Sequence record: SRR20825019_2801
DNA: 33,024 nt
Direction: 5' to 3' (one strand)
The position numbers and the translations under genes were made by a program. A model generated the notes under the pieces. That model ran no database searches, had not been told where the DNA came from, and was given only the letters and a program-made list of their open reading frames with translations. Position 1 is the stretch's first letter. Each line of letters starts with the position of its first letter. Below are positions 1 to 8,779 of the stretch, in pieces.

Positions 1-18
1 CAAGAACTGCACTTCACC

Positions 19-789
19 GTGAGTTCACATCAAAGCTATGTTGATCTGGAAAACGGTGCGACCTACTGGGAGCACCTGCGCGAGAACCTGAACGCCGCAA
101 TGTCTCCGGGGACAACCGTGGATATTCATGGCATCACCCCCTACGACAGCTATGCCCACCCGCTGGTCGAATTCCGCTGCGCCCGCGAAATGATTGCCAA
201 TGTGATCAGGGCGGAACGCGAAGGCTACGATGCCGTCGTGGTCGGGCATTTTCAGGACGCGGGATTGTACGAAGCGCGAAGCGTGGTCGACATCCCCGTG
301 ATCGGCCTCGGCGAGGCGACGATGCTATGGTGTTGCCAGTTGGGCCAGCGCCTGGGCATCGTGACGATCAATCCCCGGTTCATCCCATGGTTTCACCAGC
401 AGATCGGCAAGTATGGCCTGCGCGACCGGGTCACGGGCGTCCATTCCCTGCGGTTCGAGCCCGGCCAGATCCTCGGGGCTTATGGCAACGAGGCCAAGGC
501 GCTCGAGGTCAAGGACTTGTTCGACAAACAGGCAGCACCTCTGGTGGAACAAGGCATCGACGTCGTGATCCCGGGCGGTGGCATTCCGATGGTCCTTTTC
601 GCGCAGTTCCAGAACCACAATGTCGGCGGCGCGCCTGTGATAAACGGCATTCCTATCGCCCTCAAGATGGCCGAAATGGCCGTGACCCTGAAGCGATTAA
701 CCGGTCAATCCGTCAGCCGTACGGGAGACTACGTAAAAGCCCCGCCGGAAGTGATCGAGGAATTCCTGACGCACCCGAAGGGTCTGTAA
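19..789 (+). CDS. Asp/Glu/hydantoin racemase family protein (N-terminus uncertain, possibly clipped)
   Basis: 256-aa ORF with AEREGYDAVVVGHFQDAGLYEARSVVDIPVIGLGEA and GIDVVIPGGG, typical of the hydantoin/allantoin racemase family. No Shine-Dalgarno before GTG19, and the frame is open to the window edge. Confidence 0.8.
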   Translation: MSSHQSYVDLENGATYWEHLRENLNAAMSPGTTVDIHGITPYDSYAHPLVEFRCAREMIANVIRAEREGYDAVVVGHFQDAGLYEARSVVDIPVIGLGEATMLWCCQLGQRLGIVTINPRFIPWFHQQIGKYGLRDRVTGVHSLRFEPGQILGAYGNEAKALEVKDLFDKQAAPLVEQGIDVVIPGGGIPMVLFAQFQNHNVGGAPVINGIPIALKMAEMAVTLKRLTGQSVSRTGDYVKAPPEVIEEFLTHPKGL

Positions 790-848
790 CCATCTTCGTA
801 TGGGGCACTTCAAATCACCCTGATCGAAGAACTCTGACGGTCTGTTGC

Positions 849-880
849 GGCTCCCCCTGGCACATTCGGCAGGGAGAGCC
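849..880 (+). terminator. GC-rich hairpin downstream of the racemase
   Basis: GGCTCCCCCTG-N10-CAGGGAGAGCC, an 11-bp stem with one mismatch, ~60 nt after the stop. No U-tract. Confidence 0.35.
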
Positions 881-1394
881 GCGCTGACTAAGCGCGTGAC
901 CCGTCGCGGCAACTGGGATCAATGGGTCCAGCTTCTAACGTGCGGCAGGAAGCAGCCGGGCAATCGCTGCGATCTGTGCCGCTGTCGCGTCTGGCCCCGG
1001 TTGCTGGGCCTGTATCAGTTCCAGGAAAGGGGTCCGCCCCCGGTGCGGGTTTCTGCCCGTTCCTCAAGCACCGCATGGCCGCAGAACGGAACATAGCTTT
1101 TCCACATATGGCACCGCCGCCCACATACGGCTCGTCCCTCCTGCCCCGGTCAGAGGCTCTGAAATGCTTGGCAGTTGGATTGGTTTTTCAGGCACGGCCT
1201 GCCGATAGGGTCCAGCAACCCGACTGCACAGCGTCTTTGCTGAAAGCCGTTCAACGCCGCCCAAAATCTGGCACATCTGCCCTCAGCGGATAGCGACTGC
1301 ACTCTGCGCTCACTAGGCTTCTCTCGAACGCCCTGTTGGGCACGGCCGCGGAAAGCAGAGAATGAACACACCATCCCCCCAGTTTCCCGATGTT

Positions 1395-1988
1395 ATGGCC
1401 ACCCTTCCCCTTCACCTCGATCCGGAAGATGTCGCAAGCCGCCATCACGCGCGTCGGGTTCACCATCACCGTTCCAATCTCGATGGGCGACCACAGGTGC
1501 AGCCCGATCACCCGGTCGACGCCGTCCATCGCGCCACCTTCGATCATGCCCCGCGCCCCGCCGGGCGGCGTTTCTTCCCCGTGCTGGAACAGGAAACGGA
1601 TCTCACCCTGCAGATCATCACGCATCCCGGACAGGACCTTCGCTGCACCCAGCAAAATCGAGGTATGCCCGTCATGCCCGCAGGCATGCATGACACCCTC
1701 GTTTTTCGATGCAAAAGGCAGCCCGGTGTCCTCCGAAATCGGCAGCGCGTCAAAATCGGCCCTGATGGCAATCACCGGTCCCGGCCGCTTGCCCCGCAGC
1801 CGTCCGACGACGCTGGTGCCAGAGGGGTGGCTGACCTCGATGCCCTCGAGCCCTTCAAGGATCGAAGTGATGAATTTCGACGTCTCATATTCCTCAAAGG
1901 ACAGTTCCGGATTTGCATGCATGTGCCGCCGCCAGGCAACAACCTGATCCGCGACCCCGTCGATAATTCCGTCAATATTACGATCCAT
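1395..1988 (-). pseudogene. M20 family amidohydrolase (HipO/YxeP-like), 3'-truncated after ~198 codons
   Basis: ATG at 1988 with SD AAAGGA. Motifs RRHMHANPELSFEE, RADFDALP, MHACGHDGH, FQHGEE, GLH and GKGGH. Similarity stops abruptly after GKGGH, whereas family members are about twice this length. The frame runs on through unrelated sequence to 1251. Confidence 0.85.
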
Positions 1989-2324
1989 TGCTCTGTCCTT
2001 TCTCGCGACAACTGCTTCCGCCATTGGCTTGCAAGCTGTGGTTGTTGTCTTCAGGCAGCAGGCCCATTGTCGCGCGGATGCGTTTGATTTCATCCACGTT
2101 CAACGGGTCCGGGACACGGATGGCCGTTATCGTGGCCATCCGTGCGTTGATGGGACGGCTACCTGTGACATTCCTTCGGGCAAGATGCGGGCGGCGCCGG
2201 TCTAGGGACATTGCCGTTTGGGTCAAAAAACCTGTATTTTCGGCCATCAAAAAGCGGGCGTGATCAGGACGTTTCGACAGAGTTTTGATGAAATTGATTT
2301 CGCCATTTAGGCCTGGCAGGTCAT

Positions 2325-2557
2325 TCACGTCCCGATGCCATTTGTCAGCCGCTGAACGCCTATCGCGTTTGGTACAATTGGGAAAAGGGGAACCAAAGCG
2401 GTTCACCCATTTCCGGACGGTTTCCCGGCTGACCGTCACGCCTCGTTCTGCGCGCAGTTCTCGAAATCAGCCGTGCCGAGCGCGAAGCGGCGATAGACCC
2501 AGACCGCATAGGCGACGCGTACCCAAAGCGGCGGGCACCGTTCTTGTCGCCAGTGCA
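2325..2557 (-). mobile_element. IS6-family transposase relic (5' fragment, frameshifted)
   Basis: Joining two frames gives VAYAVWVYRRFALGTADFE-/-AERGVTVSRETVRKWVNRFG...RDRRSAADKWHRD, matching the IS6 N-terminus and a degenerate KWHLDE motif. GCACTGGCGACAAG near 2557-2544 (minus strand) may be a degenerate left IR. Confidence 0.8.
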
Positions 2558-2568
2558 GGCCCAGGCTT

Positions 2569-4815
2569 TCACGGGGCCAGCAAATCCGCGATGCGGATAG
2601 GGAAATGGCGCACGCGTTTGCCGGTCGCATGCCAGATGGCGTTGCCAATGGCCCCGACCGTCCCGACGATGCCGATCTCGCCCACACCCTTGATCCCCAA
2701 CGCGTTCACGTAAGGATCGTCTTCGTGCACCGTGATCACCTCAAGCCCGCTCACATCCGCGTTCACCGGCACATGGTAACCCGCGAAATCCGCGTTCACG
2801 ATGCGCCCGCTGCGCGGATCGTGCCGGGCGGCCTCATGCAAAGCAAAAGACGTACCCCAGATCATGCCCCCCATAAGCTGGCTTTCAGTCAGCCGCGGGT
2901 TGATGATCCGCCCGGCGGCAAAGGCGCCCACCAACCGGGTCACCCGAACCTGGCACAGATCCGGATCGACCTTTACCTCGGCGAAGACTGCACCGTGGGA
3001 GTTCATCGCATGGCGACCGGCGGCCTCGGGGGCACGCCCGCCGTGGCCGGTTCCGATCATCTCTGACTGTCCGGCACGTGAAAGGATTTCGGAAAAGCGT
3101 TCTCGGCGGCTCTCATCCGCCTCAAGCAACAACCACCCGTCCCGCGCCACGAGGCTTGAATTGCCCGCGCCATAAAGGGGCGACTGCGGATCCGCAGTGG
3201 CAAGTTCGCCAAGCTGGCGCAGGACATCACCCCCCGCAGCGTGCAGCGCACCGCCCGCCGTGGCGGTATGTCCTGACCCGCCCGCAACGCCGCCGTCAGG
3301 CAACGCTGAATGTCCGGCGCGGAACTCGACCTGATCCAGCGTCAGGCCAAGGCTGTCGGCAGCAATCTGGGCCAGCACGGTCCAGGCCCCCTGCCCCATA
3401 TCGACGGCAGAGGTTTCGAACAGCGCCGTTCCGTCGGGACGCAGTGTCGCCCGCGCTTCGGCGGCGAACATCGGGCAGGGAAACAGCGCCGTTCCCATGC
3501 CCCAGCCGGTCAGCAATCCATCGGCGTCCCGCATTTGCCGGGGTTCCAGAGGCCGCCCTTCCCAGCCAAACCGCGCTGCGCCTTGTGCGTAACACTCCCG
3601 CAACGCCTTGGAGGAATAGGGAAGCCCGGTGCCGGGTTGGGTTTCGGCATAGTTGCGCAGGCGGAATTCAAGCGGGTCCAGCCCCGCCGCTTCGGCCATC
3701 TCGTCCATCGCGCATTCCAGGGCAGCGGACCCGGAAGCCTCGCCCGGTGCGCGCATGGGTCCGGGCGTGCCGACATCCAGCCGCACCAGCCGGTGGCTGG
3801 CCCGCAATGCACCGGCTGCATAAAGGCCCTGCGAAGCATTCGCCGCCGGCTCCACAAAATCATCAAAGGTCGAGGTTTCCGCCAGCCCGTCATGGTCGAT
3901 CACCGTAAGCGCCGCAGTCTCGTCCACGCCCATCCGAAGCCGCTGGCGTGTCGCACCGCGGTGACCGACAGGCCCGAACATCTGCTGTCTGGTGAACATC
4001 AGCTTGACCGGCCGCTGCGTCATTCGCGCAGCGAGGATCGCCAGCACCTGCGGTCCGGTCGGGATCGCCTTTGATCCGAACCCGCCACCGATATAGGGGC
4101 TGCGCAGTGTCACATTTTCCGGCGGGATTCCAAAGAAATAGGCAAAGCCCGCACAGGAGAGATTCAGCGCCTGACTGGGCGTATCCAGCGTCAGCCGGTC
4201 CCCGTCCCACTGCGCCACAATCGCATGGGTTTCCATCGCATTGTGATACTGCGCCGCTGTCTCATAGCTGACGTCGATGCTGCGTGCGGCAACCGCGTGC
4301 CCCGCCTCGACATCGCCGTGGCTTGCCCCGCCCGGCAGGCCAAAGCCGGCCGGCTCAAAGCTGGTGGCTGTGTTGTCATCCAGCGCCACACGCACCGGAT
4401 CGACTTCGTACTGCGGGGCCAGCAGGCGCGCGCCTTCGGTGGCGGCTTCTAATGTCTCGCCCAGCACCAGTGCAATCGGCTGTCCGGCATAGCGCACTGT
4501 GTCGTCCTGCAAGACTTCGGTGCGGAAGGAGAACATCGTCGGCTTGGCCGAAGGGTCGCCCTGCAACTCGGGCCGGTTTTGCGGCGTGATGACATGGGTC
4601 ACACCGGGGTGCGCCTCTGCTGCGGCAACGTCAAGATGGCTGACCCGGCCACGCGCGATCCTTGCGGGGGCGTAGACCGCATAAAGCAACCCCTCGGGCG
4701 TGTTGTCGGCGGCAAAGGTTGCAACGCCGGTGACCTTGGCAAGACCATCCCGCCGTGTGGCAGGCTGACCCGCGTTGGAGCCGAAACGGATTTGCGGTGA
4801 AAGCGTGTCAGACAT
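2569..4815 (-). CDS. Xanthine dehydrogenase-family molybdopterin-binding subunit (PaoC/YagR-like)
   Basis: RRDGLAKVTG, HNAMETH, IGGGFGSK, MRAPGEASG, DMGQG, GGVAGGSG and GIKGVGEIG motifs. Start set at ATG 4815 (SD GGAG), overlapping the upstream stop. Confidence 0.92.
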   Translation of the reverse strand: MSDTLSPQIRFGSNAGQPATRRDGLAKVTGVATFAADNTPEGLLYAVYAPARIARGRVSHLDVAAAEAHPGVTHVITPQNRPELQGDPSAKPTMFSFRTEVLQDDTVRYAGQPIALVLGETLEAATEGARLLAPQYEVDPVRVALDDNTATSFEPAGFGLPGGASHGDVEAGHAVAARSIDVSYETAAQYHNAMETHAIVAQWDGDRLTLDTPSQALNLSCAGFAYFFGIPPENVTLRSPYIGGGFGSKAIPTGPQVLAILAARMTQRPVKLMFTRQQMFGPVGHRGATRQRLRMGVDETAALTVIDHDGLAETSTFDDFVEPAANASQGLYAAGALRASHRLVRLDVGTPGPMRAPGEASGSAALECAMDEMAEAAGLDPLEFRLRNYAETQPGTGLPYSSKALRECYAQGAARFGWEGRPLEPRQMRDADGLLTGWGMGTALFPCPMFAAEARATLRPDGTALFETSAVDMGQGAWTVLAQIAADSLGLTLDQVEFRAGHSALPDGGVAGGSGHTATAGGALHAAGGDVLRQLGELATADPQSPLYGAGNSSLVARDGWLLLEADESRRERFSEILSRAGQSEMIGTGHGGRAPEAAGRHAMNSHGAVFAEVKVDPDLCQVRVTRLVGAFAAGRIINPRLTESQLMGGMIWGTSFALHEAARHDPRSGRIVNADFAGYHVPVNADVSGLEVITVHEDDPYVNALGIKGVGEIGIVGTVGAIGNAIWHATGKRVRHFPIRIADLLAP

Positions 4816-5863
4816 GGGCGAGGTCTCCGTTCTGTTGGCCAAAGGGGGATGCGGGCAGCGCCGGCAGCCGTGCCGGTGTTCCGGCCGCAGCCATGGCAAG
4901 TGCGCGCGCAGCAGTGCGGCGGGTAAGGTCGATCTTCCATTCCAGATGCGCTGGGGCTTCTGCCCCCGCCATCGCCGCCTCGGCGACGCGCGCAAACAAC
5001 AAAGCATCCGGGGCCTGCCCGACCAGCAGCGCCTCGGCCTCGGCGACCCGCCACGGCCTAGCCGCAACCGCGCCAAGCGCCAGTCGTCCCTGAGCAATGA
5101 TGCCATCCTCCATCCGCAGCGCCGCGGCGGCTGCCGTGGTGGCAAAGGCAAAGGACGTGCGGTCGCGCACCTTCAGATACCGCGCATGTCCGGCAAAGCC
5201 TGCCGCCTCGGCGGACAGGTGCAAGGCGACGATCAACTCGCCCGCCTCCAGCGCCGTCTCACGCGCCGGATTGTCGCCCGGAAGCAGGTGGAACTCTGCA
5301 AAGGGGATCTGGCGCGTTCCATTCACGCCACGCACCTCGACCTGCGCTTCCAGTGCCGCAAGCGGCACGCAGAAGTCCGACGGGTTCGTCGCCACACAAG
5401 CCGGGCTGGCCCCCAGCAGCGCGCGCATCTCTTCGTCACTGTCGCGCGCATCACATCCTGCACCGGGAGTGCGACGGTTGCAGGCTGCCGTTTCCTCCTG
5501 AAAATAAGCGCAACGGGTGCGCTGCATCAGGTTGCCCGCGACAGTCGCCATATTGCGAAGCTGCCCCGATGCCCCTGAAAGCAGCGCCTCGGCCACCATC
5601 GGAAAGTGTTGGACGAAAGCCACGTGGCGGGCCAGTGCCGCATTGCTGACCATTGCCCCGATCCGTACCGATCCATCCTGTTGAAAGGTGATCTTGCCCA
5701 GGTCGGAAATCCGGGTCAGGTCGATCACCCGCTGCGGCTGGGCCACGCCCAGCTTCATCAGGTCAACCAGATTGGTCCCTCCGCCAAGCCAAGCCGCACC
5801 CGGCTCCCAGCTCGCCAGCGCCTCATCCATGGTTTTTGGCTGCACATAGTCAAACTGCTTCAT
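4808..5863 (-). CDS. Xanthine dehydrogenase-family FAD-binding subunit (PaoB/YagS-like) with 4-Cys insert
   Basis: GGGTNLVDLMK, ASGQLRNMATVAGNLMQRTRC, four Cys in the insert, and KVRDRTSFAFA. Confidence 0.92.
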   Translation of the reverse strand: MKQFDYVQPKTMDEALASWEPGAAWLGGGTNLVDLMKLGVAQPQRVIDLTRISDLGKITFQQDGSVRIGAMVSNAALARHVAFVQHFPMVAEALLSGASGQLRNMATVAGNLMQRTRCAYFQEETAACNRRTPGAGCDARDSDEEMRALLGASPACVATNPSDFCVPLAALEAQVEVRGVNGTRQIPFAEFHLLPGDNPARETALEAGELIVALHLSAEAAGFAGHARYLKVRDRTSFAFATTAAAAALRMEDGIIAQGRLALGAVAARPWRVAEAEALLVGQAPDALLFARVAEAAMAGAEAPAHLEWKIDLTRRTAARALAMAAAGTPARLPALPASPFGQQNGDLAHV

Positions 5864-6357
5864 GCCGCGTCCCCCTCGTCCTTGGCAGCCATCTGGCGGC
5901 TCGCTTCCTGCACGGCAAGGGTGATCCCGTGATAGGCCCCGCAGCGGCAGATATTACCGCTCATGCCCTCGCGGATGCGCTCCGGATCACTCCCGGCATC
6001 CCCTTCGGCGATCAGCCCGACGGCGCTCATGATCTGGCCCGGCGTGCAATAGCCGCACTGGAACCCGTCATGTTCGATAAAAGCGGCCTGCACCGGGTGC
6101 AGGTCCCCGCCCCTTGCAAGGCCTTCAATGGTGGTGATCTCCGCACCATCAAGGCCCGCCGCAAGCATCAGACAGGCGTTCGCACGACGCCCGTTCACCA
6201 GAACCGTACAGGCACCACACTGGCCACGGTCGCAGCCTTTCTTGGTGCCGGGCAGCGCCAGACGTTCGCGGAGCAGATCAAGCAGTGTCACGCGCGGGTC
6301 ATCAATGGAGACGTCACGCGCCTCCCCGTTTAGGGTCAGGCTGATGCAGAGCGACAT
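5860..6357 (-). CDS. (2Fe-2S)-binding subunit (PaoA/YagT-like), no signal peptide
   Basis: GTKKGCDRGQCGACTV, QCGYCTPG and GNICRCGAY. ATGA overlap with the FAD subunit. Confidence 0.93.
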   Translation of the reverse strand: MSLCISLTLNGEARDVSIDDPRVTLLDLLRERLALPGTKKGCDRGQCGACTVLVNGRRANACLMLAAGLDGAEITTIEGLARGGDLHPVQAAFIEHDGFQCGYCTPGQIMSAVGLIAEGDAGSDPERIREGMSGNICRCGAYHGITLAVQEASRQMAAKDEGDAA

Positions 6358-6456
6358 ATGTTCTCCCTGTTGTGCTATTTTCTAGGTGTGGCCACTCGCA
6401 GGCGAGGTCCGGTATAAGAAATCCAGCGGCGCGATGCGCCGTCTCAATCAGAATAT

Positions 6457-6473
6457 ACGGAGGCATCCTCCGT
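6457..6473. promoter_or_regulatory. Putative TetR operator
   Basis: Perfect dyad ACGGAGG-CAT-CCTCCGT in the divergent intergenic region between the molybdoenzyme operon and tetR. Confidence 0.7.
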
Positions 6474-6494
6474 TTTCAAGAAGAAAGGCAGAGC

Positions 6495-7067
6495 TTGGCA
6501 GAAATTCGCAAACGAAAGCCGCGCGCCGACGCACAAAAGAACCGCGAGCTGCTGCTCGAAGCGGCCAAGGACGTTCTGGGCCGCGGCGGCCCAAATGCGA
6601 GTCTGGAGGCCGTCGCACGGCGCGCCGGCGTTGGCATCGGTACGCTGTACCGGCACTTTCCCACCCGTGAAGAACTGTTCATGGCGGTTTTCAGCCGCGA
6701 ATTGGACCAACTCATTGTGACTGCCGAAGACCTGGTTGAAAGGGATGCCCCTCTCGAGGCCATCCGCAGCTGGCTGCACGCCAATGTCGATCTGGTGGAG
6801 ACCAAGCGCGGCATGCTGGGCGCGATGAGCCTCGTCATGACAGAAGACCTGAAACAGGGCTACACCGAACGCTCGATCCTTGTGCGCGCCGCAGTTGACC
6901 AGCTTCTGGACAAGGGCCGCAGTATCGGAGAAATCCGCGAAGGGTTCAGCGCCGAAGACCTCATGCAAACCCTCTATGCCATCTGTTACGCCCGCCAGCC
7001 CGGCCCTGACTGGCGCGAGAACGTGCTGCGCATCCTTGATATCTTTGTGGACGGGTTGAAAAAGTAG
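6495..7067 (+). CDS. TetR/AcrR family transcriptional regulator
   Basis: RKPRADAQKNRELLLEAA...SLEAVARRAGVGIGTLYRHFPTREEL HTH. TTG start at 6495 preceded by GAAAGG. Confidence 0.9.
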   Translation: MAEIRKRKPRADAQKNRELLLEAAKDVLGRGGPNASLEAVARRAGVGIGTLYRHFPTREELFMAVFSRELDQLIVTAEDLVERDAPLEAIRSWLHANVDLVETKRGMLGAMSLVMTEDLKQGYTERSILVRAAVDQLLDKGRSIGEIREGFSAEDLMQTLYAICYARQPGPDWRENVLRILDIFVDGLKK

Positions 7068-7130
7068 GACAGCCGATTCCGGCCAGAGCGGCTTTGCATC
7101 AGGATTTCCAGCAAGCTGAAGATACAGTTG

Positions 7131-7730
7131 CTAGATTTCGACAAACGTAAGCGACGGTCCCAGGTTGAAGATCCTTGTTTGATTCAGAACCGCGCTCTGC
7201 CCGGCGCAATGGTGGATATGCCCGCACAGGTGCAGCATCGGCTTTTTCTGTGTCAGAGCGCCCAAGAGTGCCTGGCTGCCGTCGTGACGGCCATCAGTCT
7301 GGTGGTCAACAATTCCGAACGGAGGCGCATGGGAGACCAGGACAGCACCCTCGGGACAGGCCTGCAGCGCCTCATCTGCCTGCTGCTCGGAGTAGCTTTC
7401 GCTCCAAGGCGCGTTCTTTTGAAAGGGGATCTCTCGTCCGATCCCGAAAAATGTCACACCGCCAAAGGTCGCCCCGTCCCCGTCGAGATAGCGTAGCATG
7501 GGGGCGGCCTCACATGCCTCGCGCAGTTCTTTTGAATTGTCGTGGTTGCCTGAAACCACAATCAGGGGCGCCCTCACCCCCTTAAGGATATCCAGTGTAT
7601 CCGACAGCCCGATCCCCCGCATCGCGAAATCTCCGGCACCCACGAGCACGTCCGCGTCTGCGCTGGCGGCAACGATCCGCTGCGCGATTGCGCGGTCCCG
7701 GTGAAGGTCACTGAAAGCCAATATCTTCAT
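7131..7730 (-). CDS. Calcineurin-like metallophosphoesterase (Icc-related)
   Basis: All five motifs present: SDLH, AGD, GNHD, SHAPP, GHIH. SD GGAG. Confidence 0.9.
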   Translation of the reverse strand: MKILAFSDLHRDRAIAQRIVAASADADVLVGAGDFAMRGIGLSDTLDILKGVRAPLIVVSGNHDNSKELREACEAAPMLRYLDGDGATFGGVTFFGIGREIPFQKNAPWSESYSEQQADEALQACPEGAVLVSHAPPFGIVDHQTDGRHDGSQALLGALTQKKPMLHLCGHIHHCAGQSAVLNQTRIFNLGPSLTFVEI

Positions 7731-7832
7731 GGACTTCTCCGTTACTCGTTTTTCATATGCCGATAGGCTGCGGCGATTTCCTGAACGGTGAGGAACTGCT
7801 GCTCGACATACTAATTTTTCTGTTCCGATAAC

Positions 7833-7871
7833 GAAAGGAAAAGCGGTGAAGGGGACCGCCCCCTTCCCCGC
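7833..7871 (-). terminator. Rho-independent terminator of the pal operon
   Basis: Minus strand: GCGGGGAAGGGG-GCGGT-CCCCTTCACCGC followed by TTTTCCTTT, immediately after the hydrolase stop. Confidence 0.7.
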
Positions 7872-7877
7872 GAAAGC

Positions 7878-8753
7878 TCAGCGCAGGAATTGCGTTTCGA
7901 TCTGCTTCACCATGTCCATGTCCTGAAGGCGAAAGATCTCGGACACGGGCACAATCTCGTCGTTGACGGTTTCGATGCCGCCGTCAGCGATGATCTGCGC
8001 AAAGACTTTTTGCATGCCGGTAACGGCCGCGCGGATGGCATGATTGCCGTAGATCAGCATACGAACCTTTTTCAGCGACTTCGCTCTTGCTTCGGTCATC
8101 TGCGGATAGGCCGTTGGCACGATGACAATCGGCACGGAGCCGGTCCATCCGTGAATGAAACTTTCGATTTCATCCGGTGTTTTTTCCTTGGAATGGATAA
8201 GGATCATGTCCGCACCAGCGGCCTCATACGCATGAGCACGCTCCAACGCCTCCGCCTCGCCACGTCCGGCGATCAGTGCTTCAACCCGCGCGATCACCAG
8301 GAAGTCGGGGTCTTGCCGCGCGCTCACCGCCGCTTCGATCTTGCCCTGGTTCTCGGAAATAGGCAGAAGATCCTGCCGTCCGCCCGCGATCAGAGAGGTG
8401 ACTTTCGGGAAGGCCTTGTCCTCGATCACCACGGCCGAAGCCCCCGCCGCTTCGAATTGTTTCACCGTAAAGATGACGTTGACGGCGTTTCCATATCCGG
8501 TGTCGACGTCAGCGACGATCGGCAAGCTGGAGCGGTCCGCCATCCGGCGCATGTTGTCCAGATGTTGGGTCATCGACACGAGTGACACATCGGCCAGGCC
8601 CATGGCCGCCGAGATCTCGAAGCCGCTGGCCCAGATCGCGTCGAAACCGGCTTCCTCGACGAGGCGGGCGGACAGCGGGTCATGCGCCGCCATGACACGG
8701 GCCATGCCTCCTGAAGATATGATCTCGCGCAGGGATTTGCTGGTTTTTCTCAT
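7878..8753 (-). CDS. palA: Phosphonopyruvate hydrolase-like enzyme (PEP mutase/isocitrate lyase superfamily)
   Basis: 291 aa. WASGFE, DVDTGYGNAVN, EDKAFPKVTSL (Thr where PEP mutases have Asn in EDKxxxxxNS), ARVEALIAG, VPTAYPQ and IYGNHAIRAAV all closely recall Variovorax PalA. SD AAGGA. Confidence 0.82.
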   Translation of the reverse strand: MRKTSKSLREIISSGGMARVMAAHDPLSARLVEEAGFDAIWASGFEISAAMGLADVSLVSMTQHLDNMRRMADRSSLPIVADVDTGYGNAVNVIFTVKQFEAAGASAVVIEDKAFPKVTSLIAGGRQDLLPISENQGKIEAAVSARQDPDFLVIARVEALIAGRGEAEALERAHAYEAAGADMILIHSKEKTPDEIESFIHGWTGSVPIVIVPTAYPQMTEARAKSLKKVRMLIYGNHAIRAAVTGMQKVFAQIIADGGIETVNDEIVPVSEIFRLQDMDMVKQIETQFLR

Positions 8754-8779
8754 TGCTGGATATCCTTCTTGGCTAACGG

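Noticed and set aside
895-940. GGATCAATGGGTCCAGCTTCTAA as an IS5-like terminus
   Set aside because: The resemblance is too weak, with no partner IR or transposase sequence found.
1978-2439. 153-aa ORF as a real gene
   Set aside because: It is a chimera of an IS6 fragment and unrelated downstream sequence.
4816-5151. N-terminal extension making the molybdopterin subunit 860 aa
   Set aside because: It overlaps the FAD subunit in another frame. A better start with SD exists at 4815.
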